A stretch of DNA of 64,000 bases from NCBI GenBank assembly GCA_022482495.1, contig JAKVPA010000003.1:208905-272904 (forward strand). The letters are read 5' to 3'. The DNA is from Sphaerochaeta sp. (GTDB taxonomy: Bacteria; Spirochaetota; Spirochaetia; Sphaerochaetales; Sphaerochaetaceae). The notes beneath the pieces were generated by a model. That model saw only the letters and a program-made list of their open reading frames with translations, made no database searches and was not told the DNA's origin. Of this stretch, positions 9,941-20,339 are shown in pieces. Position 1 is the first letter of the stretch. Each line of letters starts with the position of its first letter. The translations under genes were made by a program, and so were the position numbers.

Positions 9941-11140
9941 TTACTTCACGGAGACGAGCTTACCACCGGTAACGGTATAGGCACCTTTGTAGACCACGGA
10001 GGCTGCTGTGTTTCCCGTTACTTCGTAAATACCCTGGTAGGCGACAAGGTCACCATTGGGCTCAAAGTTCATCGTACCATTGACGCCCTGGAAATCCTTG
10101 GTCGCCGCGACTTCGTCACGGATCGCCTTGCGGTCAAACCCACCGGTCTTCTGGTAGGCGCGCTCCATGGCGGCGAACAGGATGTAAGCGGCATCATAGC
10201 TGTTGGTAGCGAAGGAATCAGGTCCCACACCGTACTTTGCGGTGTAGTTCTTGACGAACGTCTCATGCGCTGCGCTCTCCTCAGCCTTGGCAGGACCAAC
10301 ATAAATCACGCCCTTGGTGAAGTCACCAGCAAGATCAAAGATCTGCGGGTTGGAGAAACCATCGCAGGAGAGGAACGGAATCTTCATCCCAAGCTCGCTT
10401 GCCTGCTCCAGAATCTGGGCCATCTCAGCGGTGTAGTTCGGAATGTAAATCGCTTCCGGTTTGGCGGCGCGGATATTGGTCAGCTGCGTCTTGAAATCCT
10501 TGTCTCCAACCTGGAATGTCTCAGCGATGGTGACTTTTCCGCCATCGGCTTCAAAATTCTCCTTCACCCCTTCGTACAAGCCCTGGCTGTAGTCGTTCTT
10601 GGCGTACAGGACGGCGATGTTGCGGTAGCCCAGCACCTCGTAGAAGTACTTGCCGGCAACCTCGCCCTGCAGACCATCAGAAACGACGGTGCGGAACACG
10701 TAGTTGCCGATGTTGGTGATATCCTTGTGGGTGGCGCTCGGGGTGATCATTACGATCCCTTCGTTCTGCACCCGCTGACCAACGGCGAAACTGACACCGG
10801 TGAACACCGGTCCGATCAACGCGTTGATCTTATCAGAAGAAGAAAGCTTCTCAATGGCGGAGAGCCCTTTCTCCACGGAACCCTCCGAATCTTCGGTGAT
10901 CAGCGTGATGGGAAGCTTTCCGGCGATTCCGCCCTTGGCATTGTATTCTTCAATGGCAAGCTTCACGGCGTTGTTGCACAGTGTGCCATAGTTTGCGTAG
11001 TCACCGGTCATCGGTCCGATGAACCCGATCTTCGGTCCCTGCACCTTGCTTCCACTTTCACTCGCCCCATTCGCGAACAAAGGGGAAACGGCAAGAGCCA
11101 TTGTGGCGATAAGCGCCAGAACGAGCATCTGTTTCTTCAT
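9941..11140 (-). CDS. Branched-chain amino acid ABC transporter substrate-binding protein (LivJ/K family)
   Basis: Signal peptide MKKQMLVLALIATMALAVSPLFA followed by a periplasmic binding-protein fold. ATG at 11140 is preceded by GGAGG. The ORF track extends it to a TTG at 11152. Confidence 0.8.
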   Translation of the reverse strand: MKKQMLVLALIATMALAVSPLFANGASESGSKVQGPKIGFIGPMTGDYANYGTLCNNAVKLAIEEYNAKGGIAGKLPITLITEDSEGSVEKGLSAIEKLSSSDKINALIGPVFTGVSFAVGQRVQNEGIVMITPSATHKDITNIGNYVFRTVVSDGLQGEVAGKYFYEVLGYRNIAVLYAKNDYSQGLYEGVKENFEADGGKVTIAETFQVGDKDFKTQLTNIRAAKPEAIYIPNYTAEMAQILEQASELGMKIPFLSCDGFSNPQIFDLAGDFTKGVIYVGPAKAEESAAHETFVKNYTAKYGVGPDSFATNSYDAAYILFAAMERAYQKTGGFDRKAIRDEVAATKDFQGVNGTMNFEPNGDLVAYQGIYEVTGNTAASVVYKGAYTVTGGKLVSVK

Positions 11141-11436
11141 ATAAACCTCCAACGGTTGAGCATTGAAATCGTAATAGAATGTGTATACAACAATTGGTAT
11201 GTTTATTCAATCAGAAACCGCTTCCCAGCGTTGAAAAACATCAAAAAAAGCGCCAAGATATCAGAAGAATTCATCAGAAACCGCAGAACACACCCTCGGC
11301 GCATATGAATGGATCGCAACATGTTTCTTTCTTGGGTTTCCTGTTGTTTTGTCACTTCTCTTCACAAAATGATGGGTCTTATGCTATATTCTGGGCGTTT
11401 AGATTTATGCGTATCACAATCTTACAGGAGATACAT

Positions 11437-11886
11437 ATGGCTGATAAAAAAACAGGATTTTGGGAAGAATTCAAGAAATTCATTTCGAAAGGAAGCGTGA
11501 TGGACATGGCAATCGGCGTCATCATGGGCGCCGCGTTCACCGCCATCATCAATTCGATGGTCAAGGACATTCTGATGCCGATCATCAGCTTGATCGTCGG
11601 ACGGGTCAATTTCGCAGATCTGAAGTGGGTCATCAAACCGGCCACCGAAGGAACAGCGGAGACGGCGTTGGCCTACGGCAACTTCATCCAGGCCATCATC
11701 AACTTCCTGCTCATCGCGCTGTGCATGTTCATTCTGATGAAACAGTTCAACAAGATGAGGGAAGCGGCGGAAGCGAAAAAGAAGGCTGCCGAAGCCGCAG
11801 CTCCCGCCCCCGCGCCAGCGCCGGCCCCGGATATCGCGCTTCTCACCGAGATCCGCGACCTGTTGAAAAAAGACCAGACGAAATAA
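11437..11886 (+). CDS. mscL: Large-conductance mechanosensitive channel MscL with a C-terminal (AP)n-rich extension
   Basis: MADKKTGFWEEFKKFISKGSVMDMAIGVIMGAAFTAIINS... GGAG lies 7 nt upstream. The C-terminus is AAAPAPAPAPAPD. Confidence 0.9.
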   Translation: MADKKTGFWEEFKKFISKGSVMDMAIGVIMGAAFTAIINSMVKDILMPIISLIVGRVNFADLKWVIKPATEGTAETALAYGNFIQAIINFLLIALCMFILMKQFNKMREAAEAKKKAAEAAAPAPAPAPAPDIALLTEIRDLLKKDQTK

Positions 11887-11908
11887 CAGCAATCCCCATT
11901 TTCCATCG

Positions 11909-11937
11909 GCGGAAGTCCTTGGGCTTCCGCTCTTCTT
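11909..11937 (+). terminator. Hairpin plus T-tract downstream of mscL
   Basis: gcggaag tccttggg cttccgc followed by tcttctt. Confidence 0.45.
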
Positions 11938-11984
11938 GTGACAGCGGGCTTTTCGGACTATACTGGCCCAGGAGAGGCAACGGC

Positions 11985-12818
11985 ATGAAGCATCCGTTCG
12001 GAACAAACATTTTGGTCACCGGAGCCACCAGTGGCATTGGACTGGCCTGCGCCCGTCTGTTCGCTTCCCAGGGCTACCAAGTCTGGGGCGTGGCGAGGAA
12101 TGTCCAAGGACATGAGGAAACCGGCATCCGCTACCGTGCGATGGATGTCACTGACTCAGCCCAAGTGGAAGAGATGCTCGCCCGGATTGACGCCGAAGCG
12201 GTTTCAGAGACCGGACACCACCTGTCCGTGGTGCTGGACGCCGCAGGCAACGGCATCACCGGATCAGTCGACGCCACGCCCATCGACATGGTTCGCAGGC
12301 AAATGGAAGTCAACTTCTTTGGAACCCTGACGGTCAACCGCGCCGCATTGCCGTTTCTCCGCCAGGAACCCCGCTCGTTGATCCTGCTGGTCAGTTCCGT
12401 GGCAGGACGGATCACCGTCCCGTTCCAAGGTCACTACAGCTGTTCCAAATACGCCGTGGAGGCATACGGGGAAGCGCTCCGGATGGAAAGCGCCCGATTC
12501 GGCGTCCATGTTTCGATGATTGAACCGGGGGATACCACCACCGGCTTCACCAAGCATCGGGTCATCGCCGAGCCGGAAGACAGCCCCTACCGGGCGGCAG
12601 TGCTTGCAACCACAGAGAGGATCGCCCATGACGAACAGAATGGAGACAAGGCCGAGCGGGTTGCCAAGGTGGCTCTTTCCATCGCCAGCCACAGGCGGGT
12701 GCCGGTCCGTCGCGCGGTGGGATTCGTCTCAAAACTGGAAGTCTCTTTGATCCGGTTCCTTCCCGCTTCACTGGTTGACTGGATCGTAGGCCACATTTAT
12801 CTGGGAGGTGCGTCATGA
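11985..12818 (+). CDS. Short-chain dehydrogenase/reductase (SDR) family oxidoreductase
   Basis: TGATSGIG Rossmann motif and the YxxxK catalytic pair (YSCSKYA). Confidence 0.8.
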   Translation: MKHPFGTNILVTGATSGIGLACARLFASQGYQVWGVARNVQGHEETGIRYRAMDVTDSAQVEEMLARIDAEAVSETGHHLSVVLDAAGNGITGSVDATPIDMVRRQMEVNFFGTLTVNRAALPFLRQEPRSLILLVSSVAGRITVPFQGHYSCSKYAVEAYGEALRMESARFGVHVSMIEPGDTTTGFTKHRVIAEPEDSPYRAAVLATTERIAHDEQNGDKAERVAKVALSIASHRRVPVRRAVGFVSKLEVSLIRFLPASLVDWIVGHIYLGGAS

Positions 12819-13981
12819 CTGGCTGGATGATCCGTCATTTTGTCCCCAACGCGTCAGATACCAAAAACTCGGAAGTACGCTCTTCGTATGGAACGCTTGC
12901 GTCCGTCACCGGAGTAATCGTCAACTGTCTGCTCGTCGCGGCGAAAGCGGCGATGGGAATCCTCAGTGGATCTCTTGCCATCACGGCGGACGCGGTGAAC
13001 AACCTCTCTGACGCGGGAGGTGGCATCCTCTCCCTTCTTGTCGTCCGCATGGCGGCAAAACCGGGGGACAAGGAGCACCCGTTCGGCCATGGCCGGATGG
13101 AATACATCGGCGCTCTGGCGCTGGGCTTTTTGATTCTGATGGTTGGTCTCGAACTGCTCAAATCCGGCATCAGTGGGATCCGCCATCCCAGGGAGCTGTC
13201 CGTCTCCCCGCTGATCATCACCCTGCTCAGTCTGTCCATTATGGCAAAGCTCTGGCTTTTCTTCTTCTATCGGAAGATCGGGAAGACCATCGACAACGAA
13301 ACGCTCACCGCCGAAGGCCAGGACAGCGTCAGTGACGCCGTAGGCACGGCGGCCGTCCTGGTCAGCACGGTGCTCCAGTGGCTGTATGGCTGGCACATCG
13401 ATGGATTCATGAGTGTGGTGGTCTCCCTGTTTGTCCTTCAGACAGGATTGAAGGTGTGCAAAAGCACCATTGACCGCCTGATCGGCGGCAAGCCGGATCC
13501 CAAAATGGTGGAGGAGATCACCCGGAGGATGCTGAGTTATCCGACGATCCGGGGAATCCATGACCTGGTAATCAACGATTATGGACCAGGGCGGTGCATC
13601 GTCACCGTCCACGCAGAGGTGGATGCCCACGGTGACATCCTTGCCATCCATGAGGTGATCGACAAGGCGGAACGGGAGATCGAGCAGGCAATGCACATCA
13701 TGATCTGCATCCACATGGATCCGGTGGTCACCGATGATCCTGAGACCAACCGGCTGCACGCCGTCTTCTCCGCCTTCCTGAAGACGATCGACCCCAAGCT
13801 GACGCTGCACGATTTCCGCAGGGTTCCGGGAAAGAAACAGACCAACCTGCTCTTTGACGTACTGCTTCCCGACGACTTCCAGATGCCAAGCGCCACCTTG
13901 AATGAAAAGATTGTCGCCTACGCCCACACGCTGGATCCGGGATACAACATGGTGATCCGCTACGACAACGATTTCCTCTGA
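12815..13981 (+). CDS. Cation diffusion facilitator (CDF) family metal efflux transporter
   Basis: TM domain with ITADAVNNLSD and HPFGHGRMEYIG motifs plus a C-terminal cytoplasmic domain. Its start overlaps the SDR stop (ATGA). Confidence 0.8.
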   Translation: MTGWMIRHFVPNASDTKNSEVRSSYGTLASVTGVIVNCLLVAAKAAMGILSGSLAITADAVNNLSDAGGGILSLLVVRMAAKPGDKEHPFGHGRMEYIGALALGFLILMVGLELLKSGISGIRHPRELSVSPLIITLLSLSIMAKLWLFFFYRKIGKTIDNETLTAEGQDSVSDAVGTAAVLVSTVLQWLYGWHIDGFMSVVVSLFVLQTGLKVCKSTIDRLIGGKPDPKMVEEITRRMLSYPTIRGIHDLVINDYGPGRCIVTVHAEVDAHGDILAIHEVIDKAEREIEQAMHIMICIHMDPVVTDDPETNRLHAVFSAFLKTIDPKLTLHDFRRVPGKKQTNLLFDVLLPDDFQMPSATLNEKIVAYAHTLDPGYNMVIRYDNDFL

Positions 13982-14037
13982 GCTTCCGGCATCCCCTTGC
14001 CCTCATGGGGTATTTTCGCTATAAGTGACAGATGGAC

Positions 14038-14111
<74 letters not shown>

Positions 14112-14149
14112 GCAGGGCCGTTCATGAAACCATGGACGGCCCGCTTTTG

Positions 14150-15211
14150 TCAAAGCACGATGCACAGGATGATGATGACAACGATTCCGATGGCAAGGGT
14201 GAGGAACGCGGCCTGACGCTTCCGGCGCTGGATCACCTTCTCCACGGTGGGACGGCTCTTCAGGTACGCCTCCCGCTGTGCTTTGAGGGCTTCGGCTTCC
14301 TGTTTCTTCTTCAGCGCATCCATCTCCTGCTCGCCCCGGACCTTGTGGTCCATGATGCACTTGGAGCATGGCACGACGCCATCACAGTCGGAAACCTGGT
14401 CGTAGTAGCTTTCTCCGCAGTCCGGACAGACGTAGCACCGGCGGAGAATCCCCCCCTCGGTCAGCTTGCACACCACCATGGTATGCCGCGCAGGATAGCG
14501 CAGCTCTTTGTGCATCAGCTTCTCCCAGAAGGTCTGGGGGTATGGCTGGCGTTGGACAGACTGCTGCTCATGGGCCAGCTTGACGATCCGTTCGGACAAT
14601 CCCCGGTCCTGGGTGATCAACAGCACGTCCTCGTTCATCCCGATCCTGCTGAACAGTTTGACCAGATGGTCATCGGCGATGCCTTCCGAACCGGTGTCCC
14701 CGATCCGGACCAATCCCTGCTTGGCCAAGGAACGAATCAAATCCGGACGGATGGTGGCGCGGATACGCACCTCCTTGTCCTTCTCCGGATTGTCCTTCAG
14801 GCCGTGCAGCTCCTCCATCGTCTTCTCAAGGATCAACAGCTTCTTCTTCCGCCGCTTGAGGATCGGCTCCATATCCGCCACGAAGTGGAGGAACCAATCC
14901 ATCTGGATGATCGGAGCGGTGTCCACGTAGATCTCGTTGAACGAGCGCACCTCCCCATCCAGCACATCCTCATACCCTGGATCCTTGCTCTTGTACCGGT
15001 CCAGGTTGTGCGTCTTGCAGGAGAGCACTTCCCGAAGGAGGTCCATCTGGTCCTCACGGACATGTTCCGTGTCGATGCCCACCGCACGGATTGCGGTCAG
15101 CACGGCATCCTTGGAAAGGTGAAATTCTTCAGAAAGCACGCCCAGGTAATCGCCAGGAGCGATCACCGGAGCCTTCGGTGTCCGTACGGGACGCCGGAAA
15201 AATCTTGCCAT
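14150..15211 (-). CDS. Hypothetical protein with a PIN-like N-terminal region, a CxxC...CxxC zinc ribbon, a coiled coil and a C-terminal TM anchor
   Basis: IYVDTAPII, LLILEKTMEEL and LITQDRGL acidic motifs. Zinc ribbon CYVCPDCG...CSKC. Hydrophobic tail LTLAIGIVVIIILCIVL. Confidence 0.45.
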   Translation of the reverse strand: MARFFRRPVRTPKAPVIAPGDYLGVLSEEFHLSKDAVLTAIRAVGIDTEHVREDQMDLLREVLSCKTHNLDRYKSKDPGYEDVLDGEVRSFNEIYVDTAPIIQMDWFLHFVADMEPILKRRKKKLLILEKTMEELHGLKDNPEKDKEVRIRATIRPDLIRSLAKQGLVRIGDTGSEGIADDHLVKLFSRIGMNEDVLLITQDRGLSERIVKLAHEQQSVQRQPYPQTFWEKLMHKELRYPARHTMVVCKLTEGGILRRCYVCPDCGESYYDQVSDCDGVVPCSKCIMDHKVRGEQEMDALKKKQEAEALKAQREAYLKSRPTVEKVIQRRKRQAAFLTLAIGIVVIIILCIVL

Positions 15212-15216
15212 GAATA

Positions 15217-17757
15217 CTACGTCGTACCCTTCTGTCGCTTGTCCTTGATCACCTCTATGACGTCGTCAAGACTCAACCCCTTTGCTTTGGCTTCATCTTT
15301 TTTATACGCGTACGGCAACGAGTAGTTGTTTCCATCATGCCTGACATAGAACCCAAACCTGCCATGGGCAAGTTCCACTTGCTTTCCCTCGAACTGACCA
15401 TAGGTGAACAATGGTTCCACCGTCTTGGTCCGAGGCGTTTTTTTCATTCGATACGATCGGGACGGCGCTTTCTCCTGAGAAAGCAGCGACAGGGCTTCCT
15501 CAAGCGTGATGGCGAACAATTGCGCGTCCTTGTCTGTCTTGTTCAGGTTCCGGTAGGTGCCGTTGCAACCGACGTATGGTCCGTATTTGCCCACCGTCGC
15601 GAACACCTCCTCCCCTTTTTCATTCTTGCCCAGCACCCGTGGAAGCGACAGGTACCGCTGGGCGAACCGCGGATCCTTGGCCTGTTCGTCATCAGCCCAG
15701 GATGGAACGCTCGCCCGTTTGTCCCCTTTCTGCCAGTACGGCCCGAATTTGCCGTCAAGAAGCTGGATCCCGTCTCCCAGCTCCACCGGTTGCCGTCTGT
15801 TGGATTGTTTTCCTTTGGCAAGCAGATCCTTCACCATCTCATCGGTGACGGTTCCCGGCATCCACTCCGAAGGAATGGGGATGGCTTCAGGTTTTTCACC
15901 TTCCCCCATCGGTTTCTGCACATAACATCCGTACGGCCCCACCTTGATGGGGTTGTCATCGGATATCTGCGGCAGATGCAGCGTGCGCGCTTCCGCATTG
16001 TCCTGCTTGTCCATCTGCGCCTTGTCCTCAGCCTGTAATCCTTCGGGACCCAGATAAAACGCGTTGAGGAAATCGAGCTTCCGTTCCTTCCCCTCGGCGA
16101 TCTCATCCAGACCAGATTCCATCTTCGAGGTGAAATCGTAGTCGATGAACCGGGCAAAGTGTTGTTCCAGGTATTGGCAGACGGCGAATCCCATGAACGT
16201 AGGGACCAGAGCCCCTCCATCCTTGGTTACATACGCACGGTCGAGCAACGTCTTGATGATCGTCGCATAGGTGCTCGGCCTTCCTATGCCACGTTTTTCC
16301 AGTTCCTGCACCAGCGACGCTTCGGTATACCGCGCCGGCGCCTTGGTCTGGTGTTCCTCATCGACCAACTCCAGGAGCTTCTCCGTCTCCCCTTCGGTCA
16401 GGGAAGGCAGCAACGTCTCCTTGTCGGCCAACGCGGCCTCCGGATCATCACTTCCCTCCACGTAGGCGCGAAGAAAGCCGGGGAACAGGATTTCCGTACC
16501 GGTGGCGACGAACGTCGCGCCGTCACGGGTGACCGTCACCGTGGTGGTCGCCTTGCGGGCATCGGCCATCTGGCAGGCAAGCGTACGCTTCCAGATCAAA
16601 TCGTACAGCAACCGTTCCCGTCCGGTTAGCTCTGTTTCCTCCGGCGTGCGGAAGTGATCCCCCGCGGGACGAATCGCCTCATGGGCTTCCTGGGCACCCG
16701 CCGTATGGGCGGCGAAATGCCGTGGCTCTGGAGAAAGGAACTCTTTCCCGTACAACCCTTCCACCGATTCCCTGGCCGCCCGCGTCCCCTCCTCGGAGAG
16801 CGTCGGGCTGTCGGTCCGCATGTAGGTGATGTACCCGTTCTCGTAGAGCAGCTGCGCCACGCTCATCACCAGCGAGGAGCTCCAGTGGAACTTCTTGATG
16901 GCGTCCTGCTGCAGTGTGCTGGTGGTGAACGGAATGCTGGGATGGGTGAGAAACGGTTTCTTCTGGATGGAGGAGACGATCCACGGCCCATCTTTCAGAC
17001 GGGAAAGGAAGCCATCGATCATCCCTTTGTCACAGAGCACCGTCCCTTCCTTGCCTTTGTACGCTCCGGTGATCGAATCGAAATCCTTGCTCTGGGCAAG
17101 CGTCTTGCCGTCGATGGAGACCATCCGGGCCTGGTACGACTGCCCGCCGGCGCTTTGCAGCGTGGCGACGGCATCGTAGTACAGGCTCTTCTGGAACAGG
17201 ATACGTTCCCGCTCCCGGTCAACCGTCAGCCTGAGGCCAACCGATTGCACCCGGCCGGCGGACAACTTCTTGTTGGCCAGCTTCTTCCACAGGATCGGGC
17301 TGATGCTGTAGCCGTACAGGCGGTCCACCACCCGGCGTCCCTCTTGGGCCTGGACCAGATTCTCATCCACGTCACGACCCGAGGTGAGCGCCTTTTCGAT
17401 GGCGCTTTTGGTGATTTCATGAAACACCATCCGCTGGTACGGTACTTTTGGCTTGAGCACCTGCAAGAGATGCCAGCTGATCGACTCCCCTTCCCGGTCC
17501 TCATCAGTCGCCAACAACAAACGATCTGATTTGGCCAGCTCGCTTTTCAGCTGAGCGATCAACGGGGCTTTGCCGTCAACAATGTGGTAATTGCAGGCAT
17601 ATCCATGCGCCACATCAATATCCATTTCCTTCTCACCCAAGTCCCTGATGTGCCCTTTGCTGGCGATCACCTTGTACTGTTTGGGGAGAAAACGGGATAT
17701 GGTTTTCGCCTTGGTGGGGGACTCGACGATGATCAGCGTTTGCTTCGATGGTTCCAT
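15217..17757 (-). CDS. topA: DNA topoisomerase I
   Basis: N-terminal TOPRIM IIVESPTKAKTI...KGHIRDL, the type IA core, and a C-terminal region with repeated basic motifs. Confidence 0.95.
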   Translation of the reverse strand: MEPSKQTLIIVESPTKAKTISRFLPKQYKVIASKGHIRDLGEKEMDIDVAHGYACNYHIVDGKAPLIAQLKSELAKSDRLLLATDEDREGESISWHLLQVLKPKVPYQRMVFHEITKSAIEKALTSGRDVDENLVQAQEGRRVVDRLYGYSISPILWKKLANKKLSAGRVQSVGLRLTVDRERERILFQKSLYYDAVATLQSAGGQSYQARMVSIDGKTLAQSKDFDSITGAYKGKEGTVLCDKGMIDGFLSRLKDGPWIVSSIQKKPFLTHPSIPFTTSTLQQDAIKKFHWSSSLVMSVAQLLYENGYITYMRTDSPTLSEEGTRAARESVEGLYGKEFLSPEPRHFAAHTAGAQEAHEAIRPAGDHFRTPEETELTGRERLLYDLIWKRTLACQMADARKATTTVTVTRDGATFVATGTEILFPGFLRAYVEGSDDPEAALADKETLLPSLTEGETEKLLELVDEEHQTKAPARYTEASLVQELEKRGIGRPSTYATIIKTLLDRAYVTKDGGALVPTFMGFAVCQYLEQHFARFIDYDFTSKMESGLDEIAEGKERKLDFLNAFYLGPEGLQAEDKAQMDKQDNAEARTLHLPQISDDNPIKVGPYGCYVQKPMGEGEKPEAIPIPSEWMPGTVTDEMVKDLLAKGKQSNRRQPVELGDGIQLLDGKFGPYWQKGDKRASVPSWADDEQAKDPRFAQRYLSLPRVLGKNEKGEEVFATVGKYGPYVGCNGTYRNLNKTDKDAQLFAITLEEALSLLSQEKAPSRSYRMKKTPRTKTVEPLFTYGQFEGKQVELAHGRFGFYVRHDGNNYSLPYAYKKDEAKAKGLSLDDVIEVIKDKRQKGTT

Positions 17758-17845
17758 GGATTACTCCTGCTCGACGTTCAGGTTTCAACTATATACCGAG
17801 CGCACAAGAATTTGTCAACTCAAAGCAACCACAAGCAACACGCAG

Positions 17846-18637
17846 TTACTCTTCCACGAGCGTGAATTTCCCGTCTGAACCCTTCTCCGGATTGTTGAAA
17901 ATGCCTGTCGCGGCCAGTCCGCTTCCCGTCGTCCAGAAGACACAGGCACGCTTCCCTTCCTTGGTGATGATGAACTGGTAGAAGCTCTGTGTCGTGAACG
18001 TCATTCCCAACGCTTTGCTCTTCACTTCCACCTGTACGCCGGTGGCGTCCTGAGTGACGGAACTGACCAGAAACCTGCTTGGTTTGGCGCTGGTGGTGTT
18101 GAACATCAGTCCATTGGCCCGGTACACCTCCGCCGAAGGATCGTCATAGTCCACCCAGGAACCGATCACCTCTGCCGGGCTGATCACCTGAAGTCCCAGT
18201 CCGGGTAATTCACTTTTGATGATCATTTGGCCACCGGGAACATCATCCACCACGTAGTGGAGCATGACGCACCGACCTTTGTTGTCATTGTCCGTTGGAT
18301 TGGTCCATCGGTACGAACCGCTCCAGCTGGTCGTCTCCACCGTCACCTGGGCGGCATCCAGCGTCCGGTCGGACGCGTCCCGGGATGCGACGATCACCTG
18401 GTAGCGATGATTGGACAGCAGCGGATTGGCGTTTCCGCCAACGGTACAGGAGAAAATATTACCGCCGAACCGCGCCACCGGTTGGTTGTCCAGATACACG
18501 TCATAATGACTCGTCCCCTCGACGGACGACCAGGAAACCACCGCCTGATTGGGATAGCTCCGTTCCACCGTGACCGTAATCGCCCATACACACATTCCTG
18601 CAAGCAGAAGCGCCAGGGAGGCAACAAACCGTTTCAT
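17846..18637 (-). CDS. Secreted hypothetical protein
   Basis: Signal peptide MKRFVASLALLLAGMCVWA followed by beta-rich sequence. Confidence 0.5.
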   Translation of the reverse strand: MKRFVASLALLLAGMCVWAITVTVERSYPNQAVVSWSSVEGTSHYDVYLDNQPVARFGGNIFSCTVGGNANPLLSNHRYQVIVASRDASDRTLDAAQVTVETTSWSGSYRWTNPTDNDNKGRCVMLHYVVDDVPGGQMIIKSELPGLGLQVISPAEVIGSWVDYDDPSAEVYRANGLMFNTTSAKPSRFLVSSVTQDATGVQVEVKSKALGMTFTTQSFYQFIITKEGKRACVFWTTGSGLAATGIFNNPEKGSDGKFTLVEE

Positions 18638-18693
18638 GTTCCCACTGTACCATATTGCTTGCCCATGGAGCAAGAAAAAGCTACTGTGTTGCC

Positions 18694-20299
18694 ATGACGG
18701 TCGAACTGGTATCCTGTTGTTATGAACGGGGAAATTTCAGCTTTCCCCTGGGGGCGCTCTGTGTCCAGGAAGCGCTCCGCCAGGCAGGAATCCCGTCCCA
18801 CCTGTCCAACTGTTACCTCTCTGATGATCCCCGCAAGGCCGCTTCCCGTATTTCCGCCGATGTGGTGGGGATCTCCGTCTACCTGTGGAACCGTTCGTGG
18901 TTCGACCAGTTCGTCACTGCACTGAAGAAACGGAACCCTCAGGTGATCCTGTTCGCCGGAGGCACCGAGGTGACAGGCCAACCCGATGAGCTTCGACCTG
19001 TCCCTGTACCGCTTCCTCATCCTCGGAGAAGGGGAAGAAAGCGTTCCCCGAGCCTTGATGGCGATCAAGGAAGGAAGAGAGATTCCCACGGGAGGCGGCA
19101 TCGCCACCAAAGGGAGCCTGCTCATCCCGGGATGCCCTGAGCACCTTGAGGATCTCTCTTCCGTCCTGCTCTCCCATACGGCGGACCCGTTCCTCAAACA
19201 AAGCGACACGGTACTGTGGGAACTGACCCGGGGGTGCCCGTACCACTGCGCCTTCTGTTTCGAGTCCAAAGGCGTGCGGTCTGTCCGGCACTATCCGATG
19301 GACCGCATCACCAAGCAGAGCTGGACTACCTGGTCAGTCACCATGTGCACAATGTCTTCGTGCTGGATCCGACGTTCAACATGGACAAGAAACGGACCAA
19401 GGAGATGCTTTCCCTGTTGGTCGAGAAAGCCCCGGACATCCATTTCACCTTTGAAAACCGGGCGGAACTGCTTGATGAGGAGATGGTCCGTCTGTATGGG
19501 CAGTTGGACTGTTCACTGCAACTGGGCATGCAGTCCAGCGATCCTGTAGTGCTCAAAGCCATCGACCGGGCGGCCAACATGACGGCGTTCGAGAACGGCG
19601 TACGCATGCTGGTCAAGGAAGGTGTCTCCTTCGGCCTTGATGTGATCATCGGGCTTCCGGGAGACACCTTGGAAGGGTTCTTCCACAGCTTGGACTACGC
19701 CATTTCGTTGAAACCGAACAACATTGACCTGTTTTTACTCTCCTTGCTTCCCGGCACGACGCTCGCCGACCGCGCTGATCGGCTGGGCCTCAGGCACCAG
19801 GAACAGAACCCCTACCTGTTGATCGAAAGCCCGACCTTTCCCAAAGAAGACATCGCCACGGCGCTGTCCGTCAAAACCGCCGTTGACCTGTTCTACACCA
19901 AAGGACAGGCCTATCAATGGTTCCCCCTCCTGGAAGAGGCAGGCGGCATGAAAGCCCATCAATTGATGTTGGATTTCGCCACGTTCCTAACAACCCAGCA
20001 TCCCGAAGAAACGGATGTCTATGAACTGCAGGACCGTTTCGTCAAGAAGGTGCTCAAACGGCAAGGGAAAACGTCACTTCCTTCCCGCCCTGACCTCTTA
20101 CATGGAACTGTACCAGGGCATCGCGTTCCTGCTGGAAACCGGAGAGTCCCCCATTGTACAGTTGCAGTACGACCCCAACGACCTGACAAAGCTGGAACAG
20201 ATGCCGTTGTCCCAGTTCACCAAGGAAGTGAAACGACGTCCGTGCACGCTGTCCATCATCAGGGAGCGGGACGGATCGGTCGGATTCCTGGTTCCTTGA
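18694..20299 (+). pseudogene. B12-binding domain radical-SAM protein, disrupted by three reading-frame changes
   Basis: One protein can be followed across three ORF pieces (18655, 18986 and 19216, then 20015). It carries CPYHCAFC (CxxxCxxC) and the B12-binding-like N-terminus. Frame changes fall near 18978-19010, 19300-19330 and 20040-20060. Confidence 0.6.
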
Positions 20300-20339
20300 G
20301 ATTGCCACTTCGTTCCAATTGGCGTACAGTTACTTCGGT

